Origin: an uncultured Bacillota bacterium
GTDB lineage: Bacteria > Bacillota_I > Bacilli_A > RF39 > UBA660
Length of the DNA: 62,053 nucleotides
NCBI GenBank assembly: GCA_946630315.1
Contig: CAMOYT010000003.1
Coordinates: 1-62,053 of the forward strand
Direction of reading: 5' to 3'
Positions 1-11,500 of this stretch are shown here, one piece after another; the first letter of the stretch is position 1, and each line of letters starts with the position of its first letter. The position numbers and the translations under genes are program-made. The notes under the pieces are model-generated. The model did not search any database. It was not told the DNA's origin and saw only the letters and a program-made list of their open reading frames with translations.

Positions 1-452
1 GCATCTGCTATAGGTGCTGCTGCAACTTCTGGTACTTCTGGTAAAGCAGTATTTGCTTCCATTGTAGGTACAGCCGCAACTTCAACTGCTGCTGGTGCAA
101 CTTCTGAAACAGTTACAGGTGTAGTATCTACATTTGCAACTGATGTAGCAACAACACTAGGATCAACAACTGGTACTCCACCATTCATATCTGCTGGCAT
201 TGCCATTGCTGCATTAGGATCAACTGCTGCTGGTGCATTTGGATCTGGTGCAACTGCAGCTGCATTAGGATCAGCTACTGCTGGTGCACTAGGATCTGTA
301 GTAACAGTAGTATTAGGCTCCATAGGATTTTTTGCTTTCTTTCCTTTCTTTGATGAAACTAGTAGCATAATTAATGCTATAACTAATAATAAAACTCCTC
401 CAGTTAATAATATTCCTGAAAGACTTCCAAACCAACTTAAATCGAAATTCAT
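1..452 (-). CDS. membrane-anchored Ala/Pro-rich low-complexity protein, N-terminal part (gene runs off the window start)
   Basis: Absent from the ORF track because no stop lies in the window. ATG at 452-450 is preceded by a GAGGGAG SD. Translation MNFDLSWFGSLSGILLTGGVLLLVIALIMLLVSSKKGKK gives one TM helix, then DP(S/N)A-type repeats (DPSAPAV, DPNAAAV, DPNAPAA, DPNAAMA). The frame stays open to base 1. Confidence 0.6.
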   Translation of the reverse strand, partial: MNFDLSWFGSLSGILLTGGVLLLVIALIMLLVSSKKGKKAKNPMEPNTTVTTDPSAPAVADPNAAAVAPDPNAPAAVDPNAAMAMPADMNGGVPVVDPSVVATSVANVDTTPVTVSEVAPAAVEVAAVPTMEANTALPEVPEVAAAPIAD

Positions 453-481
453 GTTAATCTACTCCCTCTATTCTATAATCT

Positions 482-510
482 ATATTAATGATAACAAAAA
501 AAGTTTGCAA
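482..510 (-). promoter_or_regulatory. candidate sigma-A promoter for the gene starting at 452
   Basis: Minus strand reads TTGCAA (510-505), a 17-nt spacer, then TAATAT (487-482). The -35 lies inside the 503-518 palindrome. Confidence 0.4.
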
Positions 511-518
511 TTGCAAAC
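496..518 (-). terminator. intrinsic terminator after the methyltransferase/rluA-like operon (perfect 16-nt palindrome)
   Basis: GTTTGCAATTGCAAAC (503-518) forms a 6-bp stem with a 4-nt loop. On the minus strand it is followed by T7 (496-502). It lies 20 nt after the stop at 539. A T-rich run on the plus side suggests it may act bidirectionally. Confidence 0.55.
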
Positions 519-538
519 ATTTTATTTTTTGTACAATT

Positions 539-1207
539 TTAGACACTGTCAATACTGTCTAAGAACAAATTCCAGTATTCTCCAGAAGGCTTGATACTAA
601 AAGATATTCTCTCTTTTTTTACTGGATGAGTAAACTCCAAATAATAAGCAAACAAACATATTTGTTTATTGTCAAGTTTACCATATCTTTGGTCACCTAC
701 TAGACTATGGCCTCGACTAGAAAATTGTACTCTTATCTGATGATGTCTACCAGTATGTAAAGTTATATCAACCAAACTCATATCATTATCTTTATTATAA
801 GCAATAAGTCTATAATCAAGTACTGCTTCTTTACCTTTATCAGAAACAATACTATTACCATTATCTAGCTTTAATATCTTATCTTTTAAAGTATCACTAT
901 CTTTAACTTTACCATGTACTATTGCTAAATACTTTTTAACAATACTATGTTCATTAAATTCCTTATTCAATCTGCTAGCAGCCTTACTACTACGAGCAAA
1001 TACCATTACTCCACCAACAGGTCTATCTAATCTATGAACAAGTCCTATATATACATTCCCAGGTTTATTATATTTTTCTTTAACATAACTCTTTACCATA
1101 TTAAGTAAATCTAAATCACCAGTACTATCACCTTGACTAAGTACATTAAATGGTTTTTCTACTACTATAATATGATTATCCTCATATAAAACATTTAATT
1201 TACTCAT
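539..1207 (-). CDS. RluA-family pseudouridine synthase
   Basis: Catalytic motif HRLDRPVGGVMVFARS and the HQIRVQF motif are present; there is no S4 domain. Start moved to ATG 1207 (MSKLNVLYEDNHIIVVEKP), which overlaps the upstream stop in ATGAGTAA, suggesting translational coupling. Confidence 0.9.
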   Translation of the reverse strand: MSKLNVLYEDNHIIVVEKPFNVLSQGDSTGDLDLLNMVKSYVKEKYNKPGNVYIGLVHRLDRPVGGVMVFARSSKAASRLNKEFNEHSIVKKYLAIVHGKVKDSDTLKDKILKLDNGNSIVSDKGKEAVLDYRLIAYNKDNDMSLVDITLHTGRHHQIRVQFSSRGHSLVGDQRYGKLDNKQICLFAYYLEFTHPVKKERISFSIKPSGEYWNLFLDSIDSV

Positions 1208-2072
1208 TTTCTTCCCATCTTCCATAGATACCACAAGGTAATACTAAATTATTCTCTTTAATAGGTAATCCTATTTCTCCACAACTAATTGTTCCAGAAT
1301 ACTTTTTATTAATAGTCATCTCTAAAATATTATTAAGTACATAAGAACTAAGTCCTGTAGTATAACTATTAATTAAGAAGAATAATGGTTTATCACTAAG
1401 TATTTCACTACATAAACTAACTAATTCATATAAGTCTTTTTCAATATCCCATACTTCTCCATTAGCTCCTCTTCCATAACTAGGTGGATCCATAACTATT
1501 GCATCATATTTATTACCACGTCTTATCTCTCTTTTAACAAACTTAACTACATCATCTACTAAATATCTAACATGATCTCCTTGATAACCAGAATCATTAA
1601 CATTTTCTTTACACCAATCAACCATACCACGTGATGAATCAACATGAGTAACATGAGCACCAGCTGATAAACAAGCAACAGTTGCTCCTCCTGTATAAGC
1701 AAATAGATTAAGTACTTTTATTTCTCTTTTACTCTTTTTTATCTTATTTATCATATAATTCCAATTAACTGCTTGTTCTGGAAATAATCCTGTATGCTTA
1801 AATCCCATTTGCTTAATATTAAATACTAAATCACCATAATTAATCTTCCAACTACTTGGAGTATTTTTATAAGTTTCCCAATGTCCTCCACCTTTATTAC
1901 TTCTATAATAAACAGCATTTACTTGATTTTTATATTTTTCAAATAAATTACCATTATCCCATACTATCTGTGGATCAGGTCTAAGTAAATAAACATTTCC
2001 CCATCTCTCATATTTTTCTCCATTACTCGCATCAATAAGCTCATAATCTTTCCAATCTTTACAAATAAGCAT
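1200..2072 (-). CDS. class I SAM-dependent RNA methyltransferase (RlmI/RlmK-like core)
   Basis: 290 aa. Motif I LNLFAYTGGATVA, then HVDSS, and motif IV VMDPPSYG, typical of the RlmI/RlmK/YwbD-type methyltransferase fold. Confidence 0.8.
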   Translation of the reverse strand: MLICKDWKDYELIDASNGEKYERWGNVYLLRPDPQIVWDNGNLFEKYKNQVNAVYYRSNKGGGHWETYKNTPSSWKINYGDLVFNIKQMGFKHTGLFPEQAVNWNYMINKIKKSKREIKVLNLFAYTGGATVACLSAGAHVTHVDSSRGMVDWCKENVNDSGYQGDHVRYLVDDVVKFVKREIRRGNKYDAIVMDPPSYGRGANGEVWDIEKDLYELVSLCSEILSDKPLFFLINSYTTGLSSYVLNNILEMTINKKYSGTISCGEIGLPIKENNLVLPCGIYGRWEENE

Positions 2073-2132
2073 AATAACACCTCAATTACTAGTAGATTAT
2101 ACCAAAAAAACAAAAAAGTTAAAAGTCTCCTT

Positions 2133-2966
2133 TTAACTTTCTACACTAAACATTTTTCCATATGTAGTAATTAATGTAGACCCATTAAATACTATAATCT
2201 TATCTTTATATGTTTCATATGTAGTATCTTCTTTCATTTCATATTGACATGGTATATCAGCATATTTACCACATTCATCTATATTTTTAACTCTCATACG
2301 ATATAATTTATCATTAGTTCTAACAAAAGTATTTAAACTATCACCAGCAAAATTAAAGTCAACTATAATTCCACCATAATCAGATTTGTTAAATACAACA
2401 CTACTACTAGAAACTTTATAATCTGGATTTTGTCCATTACCAATTTTCTCTACTATATAACTATAAACATTACCATCATTTTTAAGAACATAATATTTTC
2501 CACCACTACTATCTACAGTAACAATTTTAATATTAGTTTCATCACTTAATAATAGTTTATATAGCTTATAGTTTTGATTAGTATTAGTAATCTCAGCATA
2601 TGCAGCCATATTATTATCAGATACTAAAGTATAAAATTTACCATCTTCACTTCTAACAATCTTATTATCTAATATACCTTCTACAGTAATATCTTTCTCT
2701 ACTACACGACAATTAGAATCATTAGAAAACTTTTTATCCAAACTAACCTCATATAGTTTACCCTTTTCCGTAACTATATGAGAACCTGTATAATACTTCA
2801 TCTTAGTATAATATACATCCTCATCACTAGCCGGCATAAACTCATTACAAGCAAAATCACCAGCTATGCTATAACCACCATGTCTAATTTCCCTAGTAAT
2901 AGATCCATTGCAACCTACTACTAAAAATAATATTAATAAACTTAAAAAACAAAACTTCTTTTTCAT
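2133..2966 (-). CDS. lipoprotein, unknown function
   Basis: MKKKFCFLSLLILFLVVGCNGS gives a signal peptide plus lipobox Cys. The mature part is beta-rich and I recognise no family. Confidence 0.75.
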   Translation of the reverse strand: MKKKFCFLSLLILFLVVGCNGSITREIRHGGYSIAGDFACNEFMPASDEDVYYTKMKYYTGSHIVTEKGKLYEVSLDKKFSNDSNCRVVEKDITVEGILDNKIVRSEDGKFYTLVSDNNMAAYAEITNTNQNYKLYKLLLSDETNIKIVTVDSSGGKYYVLKNDGNVYSYIVEKIGNGQNPDYKVSSSSVVFNKSDYGGIIVDFNFAGDSLNTFVRTNDKLYRMRVKNIDECGKYADIPCQYEMKEDTTYETYKDKIIVFNGSTLITTYGKMFSVES

Positions 2967-3025
2967 ATATCTCCCTACCTTAAGAAAAATATATCATAGT
3001 TTTGTTTTTTTTTAAATAATCTAAT

Positions 3026-3880
3026 CTAAATTTTACTTATATAATCGTAAATAAGTTTTATATTTTTGCTATTACTTTTATCATAATTATCAATAATATT
3101 ATCTATATTAATCTTCTTAGTCTTCTGTTTCTCTCTAATTTTAATAATCTTCTTATATACTAAATCAATACTCTCAATATCAGTAATAAACTTTTTACTA
3201 TCTACTTGCATAATACCTAATTTTTTACTCTTACCATTAATTTTAAACATTAAATTATCATAAGTTCTATAAATCTCTGGCCTTTGATAATTATTAAATA
3301 TCATAATAGCATAAATAATATAAGCTATATCTTTATCATAATTATTCGTCTCTTCAAAGAATTGACTCTTTAATTTAGCATACATCATAACAATCTTTTC
3401 TTTATCAGGTAAAACAATCTCTTTTCTCTTCTCAACTGTTTGTTCTTTATTTTTAAAAAATTGAAATAAGAATAAGAAAGCTAAAAACCATAGTATAATT
3501 CTAAAATCTTCTCCACTCAAAAATACTTGATCTACTTTATTAATAAATTGACTATTAATAATATAACCAATAATAATTAAAACAACTGAATAAGATACAT
3601 TATTATCCCTTCTATCAAAAAAATCTTTATCTAAGAAATAAGTAAAATATATCATTTTAAAAACCATTTCAAATACAAAAATTAAAAATAAATTCTCATT
3701 GAATTTTAAGAATCCAAATCTAGATCCTAATCCTCCTAAAATCATCATATATATTATAGAAAAACATATACTTTGAAATTTATTAAGATTATATTTATTA
3801 GAAAATATATGAAGTAAAAAGAATAATATTACTCCAAATACGATATAACTCAACCAAATAATTATCCCCATATCAAGCAC
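3026..3880 (-). CDS. polytopic membrane protein, unknown function
   Basis: 284 aa with about five hydrophobic helices in the N-terminal 150 aa, then a Lys-rich soluble tail. No family recognised. Confidence 0.7.
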   Translation of the reverse strand: MLDMGIIIWLSYIVFGVILFFLLHIFSNKYNLNKFQSICFSIIYMMILGGLGSRFGFLKFNENLFLIFVFEMVFKMIYFTYFLDKDFFDRRDNNVSYSVVLIIIGYIINSQFINKVDQVFLSGEDFRIILWFLAFLFLFQFFKNKEQTVEKRKEIVLPDKEKIVMMYAKLKSQFFEETNNYDKDIAYIIYAIMIFNNYQRPEIYRTYDNLMFKINGKSKKLGIMQVDSKKFITDIESIDLVYKKIIKIREKQKTKKINIDNIIDNYDKSNSKNIKLIYDYISKI

Positions 3881-3987
3881 CTCTTAATGATTTATTATAT
3901 AAAAAAAAAGACTATTTGTAAATTATTTAGTCTTCTTATATACAAACGTTTCAAACTCAAACATAGAATTATTATCATAAGCATAAT

Positions 3988-4281
3988 CTATTTGTACTTC
4001 TTCAACTTCTTTTTTACTAGAAACACTAAATCCATAGGACCATTCATCTTATTTAATACAAGTAAAGCATCTTGTAACTTTCTCTTTTCAGACACATTAT
4101 CTTTAATCAATTCAGCTTCTTTTTTATAATCAAAATTATCTATTGGATTTACATCAATAAAATCTCTAATATAATTTTCTATATCTTTAAGCATATACTC
4201 TTTTAAATCATACTCATCCATTAAACTAACACCATAATAACCACCAACTAAGTATCTATATTGATTAATTAACTCTTCCAT
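3988..4281 (-). CDS. small hypothetical cytoplasmic protein
   Basis: ORF-track ORF trimmed to the ATG (MEELINQYRY...) that sits 5 nt after a GGAGG SD. No family recognised. Confidence 0.55.
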   Translation of the reverse strand: MEELINQYRYLVGGYYGVSLMDEYDLKEYMLKDIENYIRDFIDVNPIDNFDYKKEAELIKDNVSEKRKLQDALLVLNKMNGPMDLVFLVKKKLKKYK

Positions 4282-4361
4282 ATAAACCTCCAATTAAAGA
4301 AATTATAACATAATATTTTATAATTTTAATAATTATGATACAATTATAATGAGGTAATAAT

Positions 4362-4931
4362 ATGAATGTAGAAAGAATAAAAGATCTAAAATTTATACTA
4401 CTCTTTGTAGCAGTTATTGCAATAGCACTGATATATTTATCCCAATCTTCTTTAGCAAAATATAGGAAACAAACAGAAGGATCAATGGAAGGAACTATTG
4501 CTCATTGGAATATTAAATTAAATGGTGAAGATATTCATAGTACTATGACAAATACTATTACACCAACTATAAATAGTAATGAGTATACAAAAGATGGTGT
4601 CATAGCACCAGGTACTACTGGATATTTCACATTAGAAATAGATGCTACTGATGTAGATGTAGATTTTACTTATGATATAGATTTTGAAAGTCTAAATGAT
4701 TTAGAAGATATTAAAGTAACATCCTATGAAATAGATGGAACAACATATGATGTAACAGATACCGTAGGAGGAACAATAACTCACAATACAGGAGCAACTA
4801 CTATTAAATGTAATTTTGAATGGTATGATGAAGCAGATAATGTAATGGATAATCAAACAGATACATCTACTGCTATAAATAATACAACAGCAGATATAAA
4901 AGTTATAATTAGATTTACTCAAGTTAAATAA
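4362..4931 (+). CDS. secreted protein with signal-anchor, tentatively TasA/camelysin-like (third paralogue)
   Basis: N-terminal TM (FILLFVAVIAIALIYL) is followed by SSLAKYRKQTEG, resembling the YAYF-type SipW-dependent signal. The C-terminal FEWYDEADNVMDN resembles the WIEGxDxxC motif of the 330- and 234-aa proteins. GAGGT SD. Convergent with the SipW cluster. Confidence 0.6.
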   Translation: MNVERIKDLKFILLFVAVIAIALIYLSQSSLAKYRKQTEGSMEGTIAHWNIKLNGEDIHSTMTNTITPTINSNEYTKDGVIAPGTTGYFTLEIDATDVDVDFTYDIDFESLNDLEDIKVTSYEIDGTTYDVTDTVGGTITHNTGATTIKCNFEWYDEADNVMDNQTDTSTAINNTTADIKVIIRFTQVK

Positions 4932-4961
4932 AAAAAAGATTGCTTAATGCAATCCTTTTTA
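4931..4961. terminator. bidirectional intrinsic terminator between convergent genes
   Basis: A7, GATTGC-TTAAT-GCAATC hairpin (4938-4954), then CTTTTT. It sits between the stop at 4931 (+) and the stop at 4964 (-). Confidence 0.7.
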
Positions 4962-4963
4962 TT

Positions 4964-5551
4964 TTATAATAATTCTTCAACTTCTTCTTTCTTAGCAGTT
5001 TTCTTTTTCTTAGGTTTTTCTTCTTCATCCTCTACTTCATCATACTTTAATACAATTATAAATTGATATACTTGATAAATAAATACAAGCATGATTGGTA
5101 ATAATACTAAGAATAAGAAACCTAATCTAGATTCTAATACATCTAAGACTCTACCTAGACCAGAATATGTTGTTGTATATTTTCCAAGTACTCTGTTTGA
5201 AGCAACACTAGGTTTTTCTGTATTAGTAGTTTTATAAATAATTACATCATCCATGTCTTCAGAACTCTTAACACTAGTACTATTAATATAGTACTCAGTA
5301 TTAGCAGGAACATAGTAATAAATAATATCACCTTTATTAATATCATCACTATTCTTTACAATAAATAAATCGCCTTGATTAACAACATCTAAATGTTTAG
5401 CAATCACTTTATCTACTGAAACAACTGTATAGTTACCAAATTGTGTATAACCATACTTATTCCTACATAAGATACATGAAGTAATAATAATAACATATAT
5501 AATTATTAAAACTTCTAAAACACCCCAAACACCACTTAAGAACTTTTTCAT
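4964..5551 (-). CDS. SipW-like pseudo-peptidase (S26B architecture, catalytic residues missing)
   Basis: SipW topology is kept: N-terminal TM, a beta core with FGNYTVVSVDKV and NKGDIIYYY, and a C-terminal TM (FLFLVLLPIMLVFIY). However, the SGSM nucleophile box reads SVDK, there is no THR-type His, and no KGDxN box. Lys/Glu-rich tail. AGGTGA SD. Confidence 0.65.
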   Translation of the reverse strand: MKKFLSGVWGVLEVLIIIYVIIITSCILCRNKYGYTQFGNYTVVSVDKVIAKHLDVVNQGDLFIVKNSDDINKGDIIYYYVPANTEYYINSTSVKSSEDMDDVIIYKTTNTEKPSVASNRVLGKYTTTYSGLGRVLDVLESRLGFLFLVLLPIMLVFIYQVYQFIIVLKYDEVEDEEEKPKKKKTAKKEEVEELL

Positions 5552-5597
5552 ATAATCACCTACTTAAAATAATATCATATTAAAATCATAATTTCAA

Positions 5598-8500
5598 TTA
5601 TTCACTTATTGGTTTTGTAACAATAACATATTCATAATCAGAATCTACTAAATAATCACCATCATACAATTCAAATACAACTTTATATGTTCCACTAGTT
5701 AAATTATCAGCAAGAACAAAATCATACGTAGAGTCTTCCTCTGGATTAACAGCTAACTCTTTTTGATTAGCCGTTCCATCAAATGTATCTTTAAATAATT
5801 TATTGAAAGGAACCAAACTAAATTCAGTCGTTGTATCATTGTCAGTCTTTCTCTTATATATTTCAACTTTCAATTTAGGTTCTTCCAAAACACTTATAAT
5901 TTTAACATTATATTTATTTGTATTTTCCTTATTTTCATTTAAAGAAGTTTTACCATCTACTACCTTCGTCTTATCAACAGCTGTAACTTTAATAGCATTT
6001 TCATCTCCAACAACTACTAAAGGTACCTCAATTGTATGGCTTCTCTCTGGATTAGAATTATGTTTACCATCAGAAGATGCAAATAAAGTAATTCTAATCT
6101 TATAATTACCAGAGTGAAGATTAGTATCTGTTATCAATTCAACATTTTTATTTAAGTTAGAAACTTTTCCAGATAAATTAATACGCCATACTCCATCACT
6201 ATCAGCAAAGTAATATTTATTATCTATCTTAATAGTAGTACCTGTTAATAAACTTGAACTTACTTGTTCACCTGAAGCATCAATTAATGATACATTTATA
6301 CCCATTGGACTACTTTCATAGTTAGTATCAATAATACTTGAACGACTTTCATTTTCTTGATATCCAACACTAGTAACATAATTAAATGTATTGGCCCTAT
6401 TTTGATATAAATAACCATCAAAATTATTTAAAATACCTTTAAGAACAGTATTACCACTATCATATAAATTATAAACCATTAGATCTTGACGAATACCTAG
6501 TACAGTAAGCATAGATCTGTCTTCATTATTACGAAGTTCAAATAAGATATGATTATCTTCATGAGTACCAGATTGATTAGTTTCCTTAAAATCAAATATA
6601 AACATAAACTCTTCAATCGTTCGATTATGACTTTCATCATAATATATTTCATTAGCTGTTTTATCATTATATTTATTATCAGTACTAGTACTACCCATCT
6701 TAATAAAATCACTCAGTTTATAGGATACTTGATTATCTGTTGCTAACTCAGCAGTAGCTCTATTGAATGAAGCTTGATCAACAGTATAATAATAGAAGTT
6801 TGGATTAGTATCATCAATACCATAATCAATCATAGTAATTTGTGTACCAACAGGTAATACATAATCAGTAACAAGTGAATGATAATAAGTATTATCTAAT
6901 CCATAAATATCATCTATTTCATTTCCTTTAGCAAATAATGAGAAATAAGTACTAAATTGACTTTGATTAGTAATATTAACATCAGTTGCTGTAGGCATTT
7001 CATACTTCTTACCATATGAAATAGAAGCGTCATAGTTATCTCCATAATCAAACTCTTTTGCCTCAAGCGTAATAGTTATAGTAACTAAACTAACTTTATC
7101 CTCAATAGCATTTAAAGGCTCAGATGCCTCCATCATTATAACAACCGTTCCAAGTTCCTGATCCAAACTAATATTTTTAGCATGGTAGAAATAGAACATT
7201 AATTGAGGAGATAAAGCTTGTGAATCAGTTCTATAATTAATATCTCCATAGACCTTACCATTACCTTCATTCGTATATTTAGTAGTTTGATAATTAGTCC
7301 ACTCATGAGTTTCACTCTTCATTGCAAGACCTAAAGTTCTATTAGCTTCCTCTTCAGTTTCTGTAAGCTTTGGAACATTTAGAGGATCAACTAAGTCAAC
7401 TTCAGGAGCAAGACCTTCACTATTAAATCCTAATACTTTAAACTTAGTATCACCCTTAGAAAAATCATACATTGACAATACATGAGTACCCAAAGATGAA
7501 TACTTAGAAGCAGTTAAAGTAAACTGATAGTTAATAGCATATTGTCCAATTATCCAACGATAACCATTTTCACCTATTTCACTAGGACCAACATAGTCAG
7601 TTTTAATTGCTGTCCTATCATCATTCAAATAATTAGAATAGAATCCATTAACAGTAATATCATGATTAGTTAAATGTCTACCTAATACATATGAACCACC
7701 AATAATTAAGTCAGAAGCATCAGCTTCATCACCATTTTGGAAACTCTTATCATACATACCATATTGTAGAGATCCTCCAGCATATGAATTATACATACCA
7801 AAGAATGTCATACCAGTAATTCTACCATAAGTAGTAGCGGCCTGATTAGTTGTAACATTTAAGTTATTATCTGGAATCATATAGATTCTATTATCAACAT
7901 TTTGATAAGTTATCTCACCATCAGTATTAACTGTAACTTTAGCTGGAACTAATTCTCCATCAACATCAACACCAGAATATAATTCCTTAAGTAAGTTAGC
8001 ATTTTTCTTTAATAATAAAGTACTATTATTCTTTAATATTAATAAATTAATTTGGTTAAATGTATATTTAATATCAGAATAATCATTAGTTGAATCTTCA
8101 ATACCAGATAATTCAATCCAAGAATTATCTATCGTTAATTTGTCAGTTCTTTGAATAGAAACATTTCTACTTACATCTTCATAACTTCCAAGTTTCTTAA
8201 TATAAATACTTGAATCACCTTTAGATGAAGAAGCATTACCAGAACCAAAGATTGAACCAGTTAATTTGAAAGTATGTGAATTAGTCTCATAACCACTACC
8301 ATCAATAACTATATCTATTGAGTCAGTAACTGAAATAAAGTTCCAGTCGAATGTATCACTACCAGAAGCATTAGATTCTCCTCCACCGAAGACAGTACCA
8401 TGAATATAGATATCATCTTCTTCTAAATCAGAATTATTAACAGCTTCTGTACCAATATTAACAAAAGTTTTTCCATAAACGATAGAAGTATTAGCACCAC

Positions 8501-11500
8501 CATAAACATTGCCATAGATTTCTCCACCAACAATATTTACAGTAGCAGTAGAAGTTGTACTTCCAACCTCTCCTGTTGCAGCAGCATTTCCACCACCAAA
8601 GACTGAACCATTTGGTGTAGTAGTTGAACTACTTCCAACAACCGTTTTTCCATCAATATTAATTAATGTATTACCGTGTACAACAGCACTAGCACCATTT
8701 CCACCTGCATAGATAGAACCACCAACATTTGAATCAGTAACATAAACTTCAGTATTTCCTAAAACAGCTCCGTTGTTACCTCCTCCAAATAAATTAGTTG
8801 GAATAACAGCACTATCCACATCTAAATAAGTATTTCCTGTAACTTCAGCAGCATTTCCACCACCATATAAGTTCTCAATAGTACCATTACCAATAGATAA
8901 ATGAGTATTTCCAACAGGTGCGTTATTACCACCACCATATAAATTAGTAATATTACTTTTTGTAACACTTACATTAGTTGTATCAACCTTACCACCTTTG
9001 TTATTTCCACCATAAACATCCGTAATATTTAATACATTGCTTCCACCTATAGTGACATTACTTGTAGTAACATTTCCAGTTTCATTAGAACCACCATATA
9101 CTGATAAAACATCTCCACCAGTAACATTAACATTAGTAGTAGTAATACCAACTTTATTACCACCACCATATATTTCACCAATATTACCAGCTTCAACTGT
9201 AATTGAAGAAGTACCAGTTGTTCCACCTAAGTTATTACCACCATATATATAATTAATTCCTCTACGTAATGGATCACCTTGACGTTTACCATTTAAATAA
9301 GAACCACTAAATGATGTAGTAGAATCACCTTTTTCAGCAACTATATCAAAATTAATTTCATAATCATCAGATATAGGTACAAAAACCTCAAAATATCCAG
9401 GTATTTCTACTTCTCCATGAGCAGGTACAACAAATGGAATATTTCTATCATATTTATTTTCTTGAGTAAAAGTATATGTCTCTCCATTTCTAGATAAAGG
9501 AGAATTTAAATATTCTCTAAAGAATGTACTGCCAGGAATAGTAACATTAGCAGTCCAAACCGAATAATCTTGATCAGAATAATTTCTAATAACAGGTTTA
9601 ATTGTTACTCTACGTAATGATCCATCGTCCCAATAAGCTCCATTATCTGTTAATTGTAATTCAGTATCAACTTCTTTAACAACATCTTCTTCAGCATATG
9701 AGTTTTCAACATTAATTACCGTTTTGGCAACTTGACCGGAATTATTAGAACCTCCGAATAAGTGATCTATTCTACCATTATTAACAGTAATTTTAGCCGT
9801 TCCATTTACACCAGCCTGATTACCACCACCATATACATCATTTAACTCACCATTATTAATAGTTACATTTGTATTTCCAGATCCAGCTTGGTATCCACCA
9901 CCATAAACATCTCTTTTTAATACCTCATCAGCTATAGTAACAGTAACATTTGTAGTAGTAGCAAATCCACCTAAATTATTTCCTCCAAAAACGTCTCTTA
10001 CTTCACCACTTGAAATATAAACATTTGTAGTAGTTACAGTTCCAGTTTCATTAGAACCACCAAAAATATCACCAGTAAGAGTAGAACCACGTAGATAAAC
10101 ATTAGTAGTATCTTGTCCAGTTTTGTTTCCTCCACCATAGACATTACCAATGATTCCACCATTTAATAAAACTCTATCTGTACCAGCTGGGCGACCAGCT
10201 AAATCATTTCCTCCAAAGACATTACTTATATTACCACCATCAATAGTAACAGTTACATTTCCATATTCTTTAGGAGTATGTTCATCATCTCCTTGGCCAC
10301 CACCAAAGACATTTCCAGTAATAGTACCACTATTTACATTTACATTAACCGTTTTAGTATTAGCATTTTCATTTTCAGCAGTTCCATTTACTGTACCAAA
10401 AGCAGAACCACCATATACATTTCCCCTAACAGTTGGACCAGATGAACTATTACCAATAGTTACTTCAACATTTCCAGATACATAAGTACCACGATTATAT
10501 CTATCAGTATATCCACCTTCTCCACCACCATAAACATTACTTTTTACAGTACCAGATAAGATATTAACATTTGTATCACCATAAATGACACCATTAGTTC
10601 TTGAACCACCATAAACAGATTTATCAATAGTACCACCTGTCACAGTAATAGTTGGATAAGCAAGATGTGATGTACTACCAGCACCATTGTTGTTTCCACC
10701 ACCATAGATAGAACCAGAAACTTCTCCACCTAACATTTTTATATCAATAGTTGTAGTTCCATTTTTTGAAACAGGAGAACCGAAGTTACCTCCACCATAA
10801 ACATTTCCATTTATTGATGCATCAACATCAATAATAACTCTTGAATTATTAACAGAACCGATTCCAGTATAACCACTACGTCCATTACCAGAACCAAATA
10901 TCGAACCAACTTCTGCTCCAAAGAAACCTTCACTACGCTCAGTGTCTCCTACTTCTACTGATCCACCAGCATAAATAAATGTATTTCCTGATAAAGTACC
11001 AACATTATTTGAAGTTCCTTCAATACCATTAGAACCACCGAATACTGAACCATTTACTTTTCCACCAGTAAGAGAAATAATACGGTTTCCATATGTTTCA
11101 GTAAGAGCAGCTCCACCAAATACATTATCAACTTCTCCACCTTTAATATTAATAAAAATAACATTATTATTTGATAAAGAAGAATCAATCAAAGGCCCAC
11201 CATTTACATTATAAATGTCTCCTCCCTCAACAATAAGTTCTGAAGGAGAATAAATAGTACCTCCACTTAATCCACCAGCATATATTCCAGATGCTGCAGT
11301 ATTATTAGCTTCACCAATAATACCACTCTTAACAGTTTGTTTTATAAATGGAACATTAGTAGAACCACTTCTAACATATCCACCATTAGTACCAGCAATA
11401 TTATAATAAACTTCTAAATTAGAATTATCATTTGATATTCTATCAAAATCACTTCCATAAGTTGCCATACCTTGTGTATAAACATTATTATTATTTCCAG

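Noticed and set aside
503-518. GTTTGCAATTGCAAAC as a second binding site for the Crp/Fnr-family regulator
   Set aside because: It is followed by a T7 tract on the minus strand, 20 nt after a stop codon. An intrinsic terminator (6-bp stem, 4-nt loop) therefore explains it without invoking a regulator. The shared TTGCA half-site is noted under the 61282 finding only as a caveat.
3887-4129. Miscellaneous short ORF-track entries: 3887-4129 (+), 4701-4922 (-), 5803-6105 (+), 6497-6746 (both strands), 14889-15185 (+), 21211-21513 (-), 26492-26686 (-), 42970-43269 (+), 51284-51990 (+), 54451-54675 (-), 56744-56953 (+)
   Set aside because: Each is nested within, or antisense to, a much longer ORF with recognisable motifs or a proper SD. 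Their translations are Ile/Phe/Leu/Ser-rich low-complexity strings, as expected from off-frame reading of AT-rich coding DNA.
9037-10485. Plus-strand ORFs 9037-9252 and 10150-10485, encoding Pro-rich peptides antisense to the 2778-aa gene
   Set aside because: They are shadow ORFs. The GG(G/S)N rungs are written with GGN/ACC-type codons, so the complement reads as Pro/Val/Thr-rich open frames. They have no SD and are entirely nested in a far longer, motif-rich ORF.
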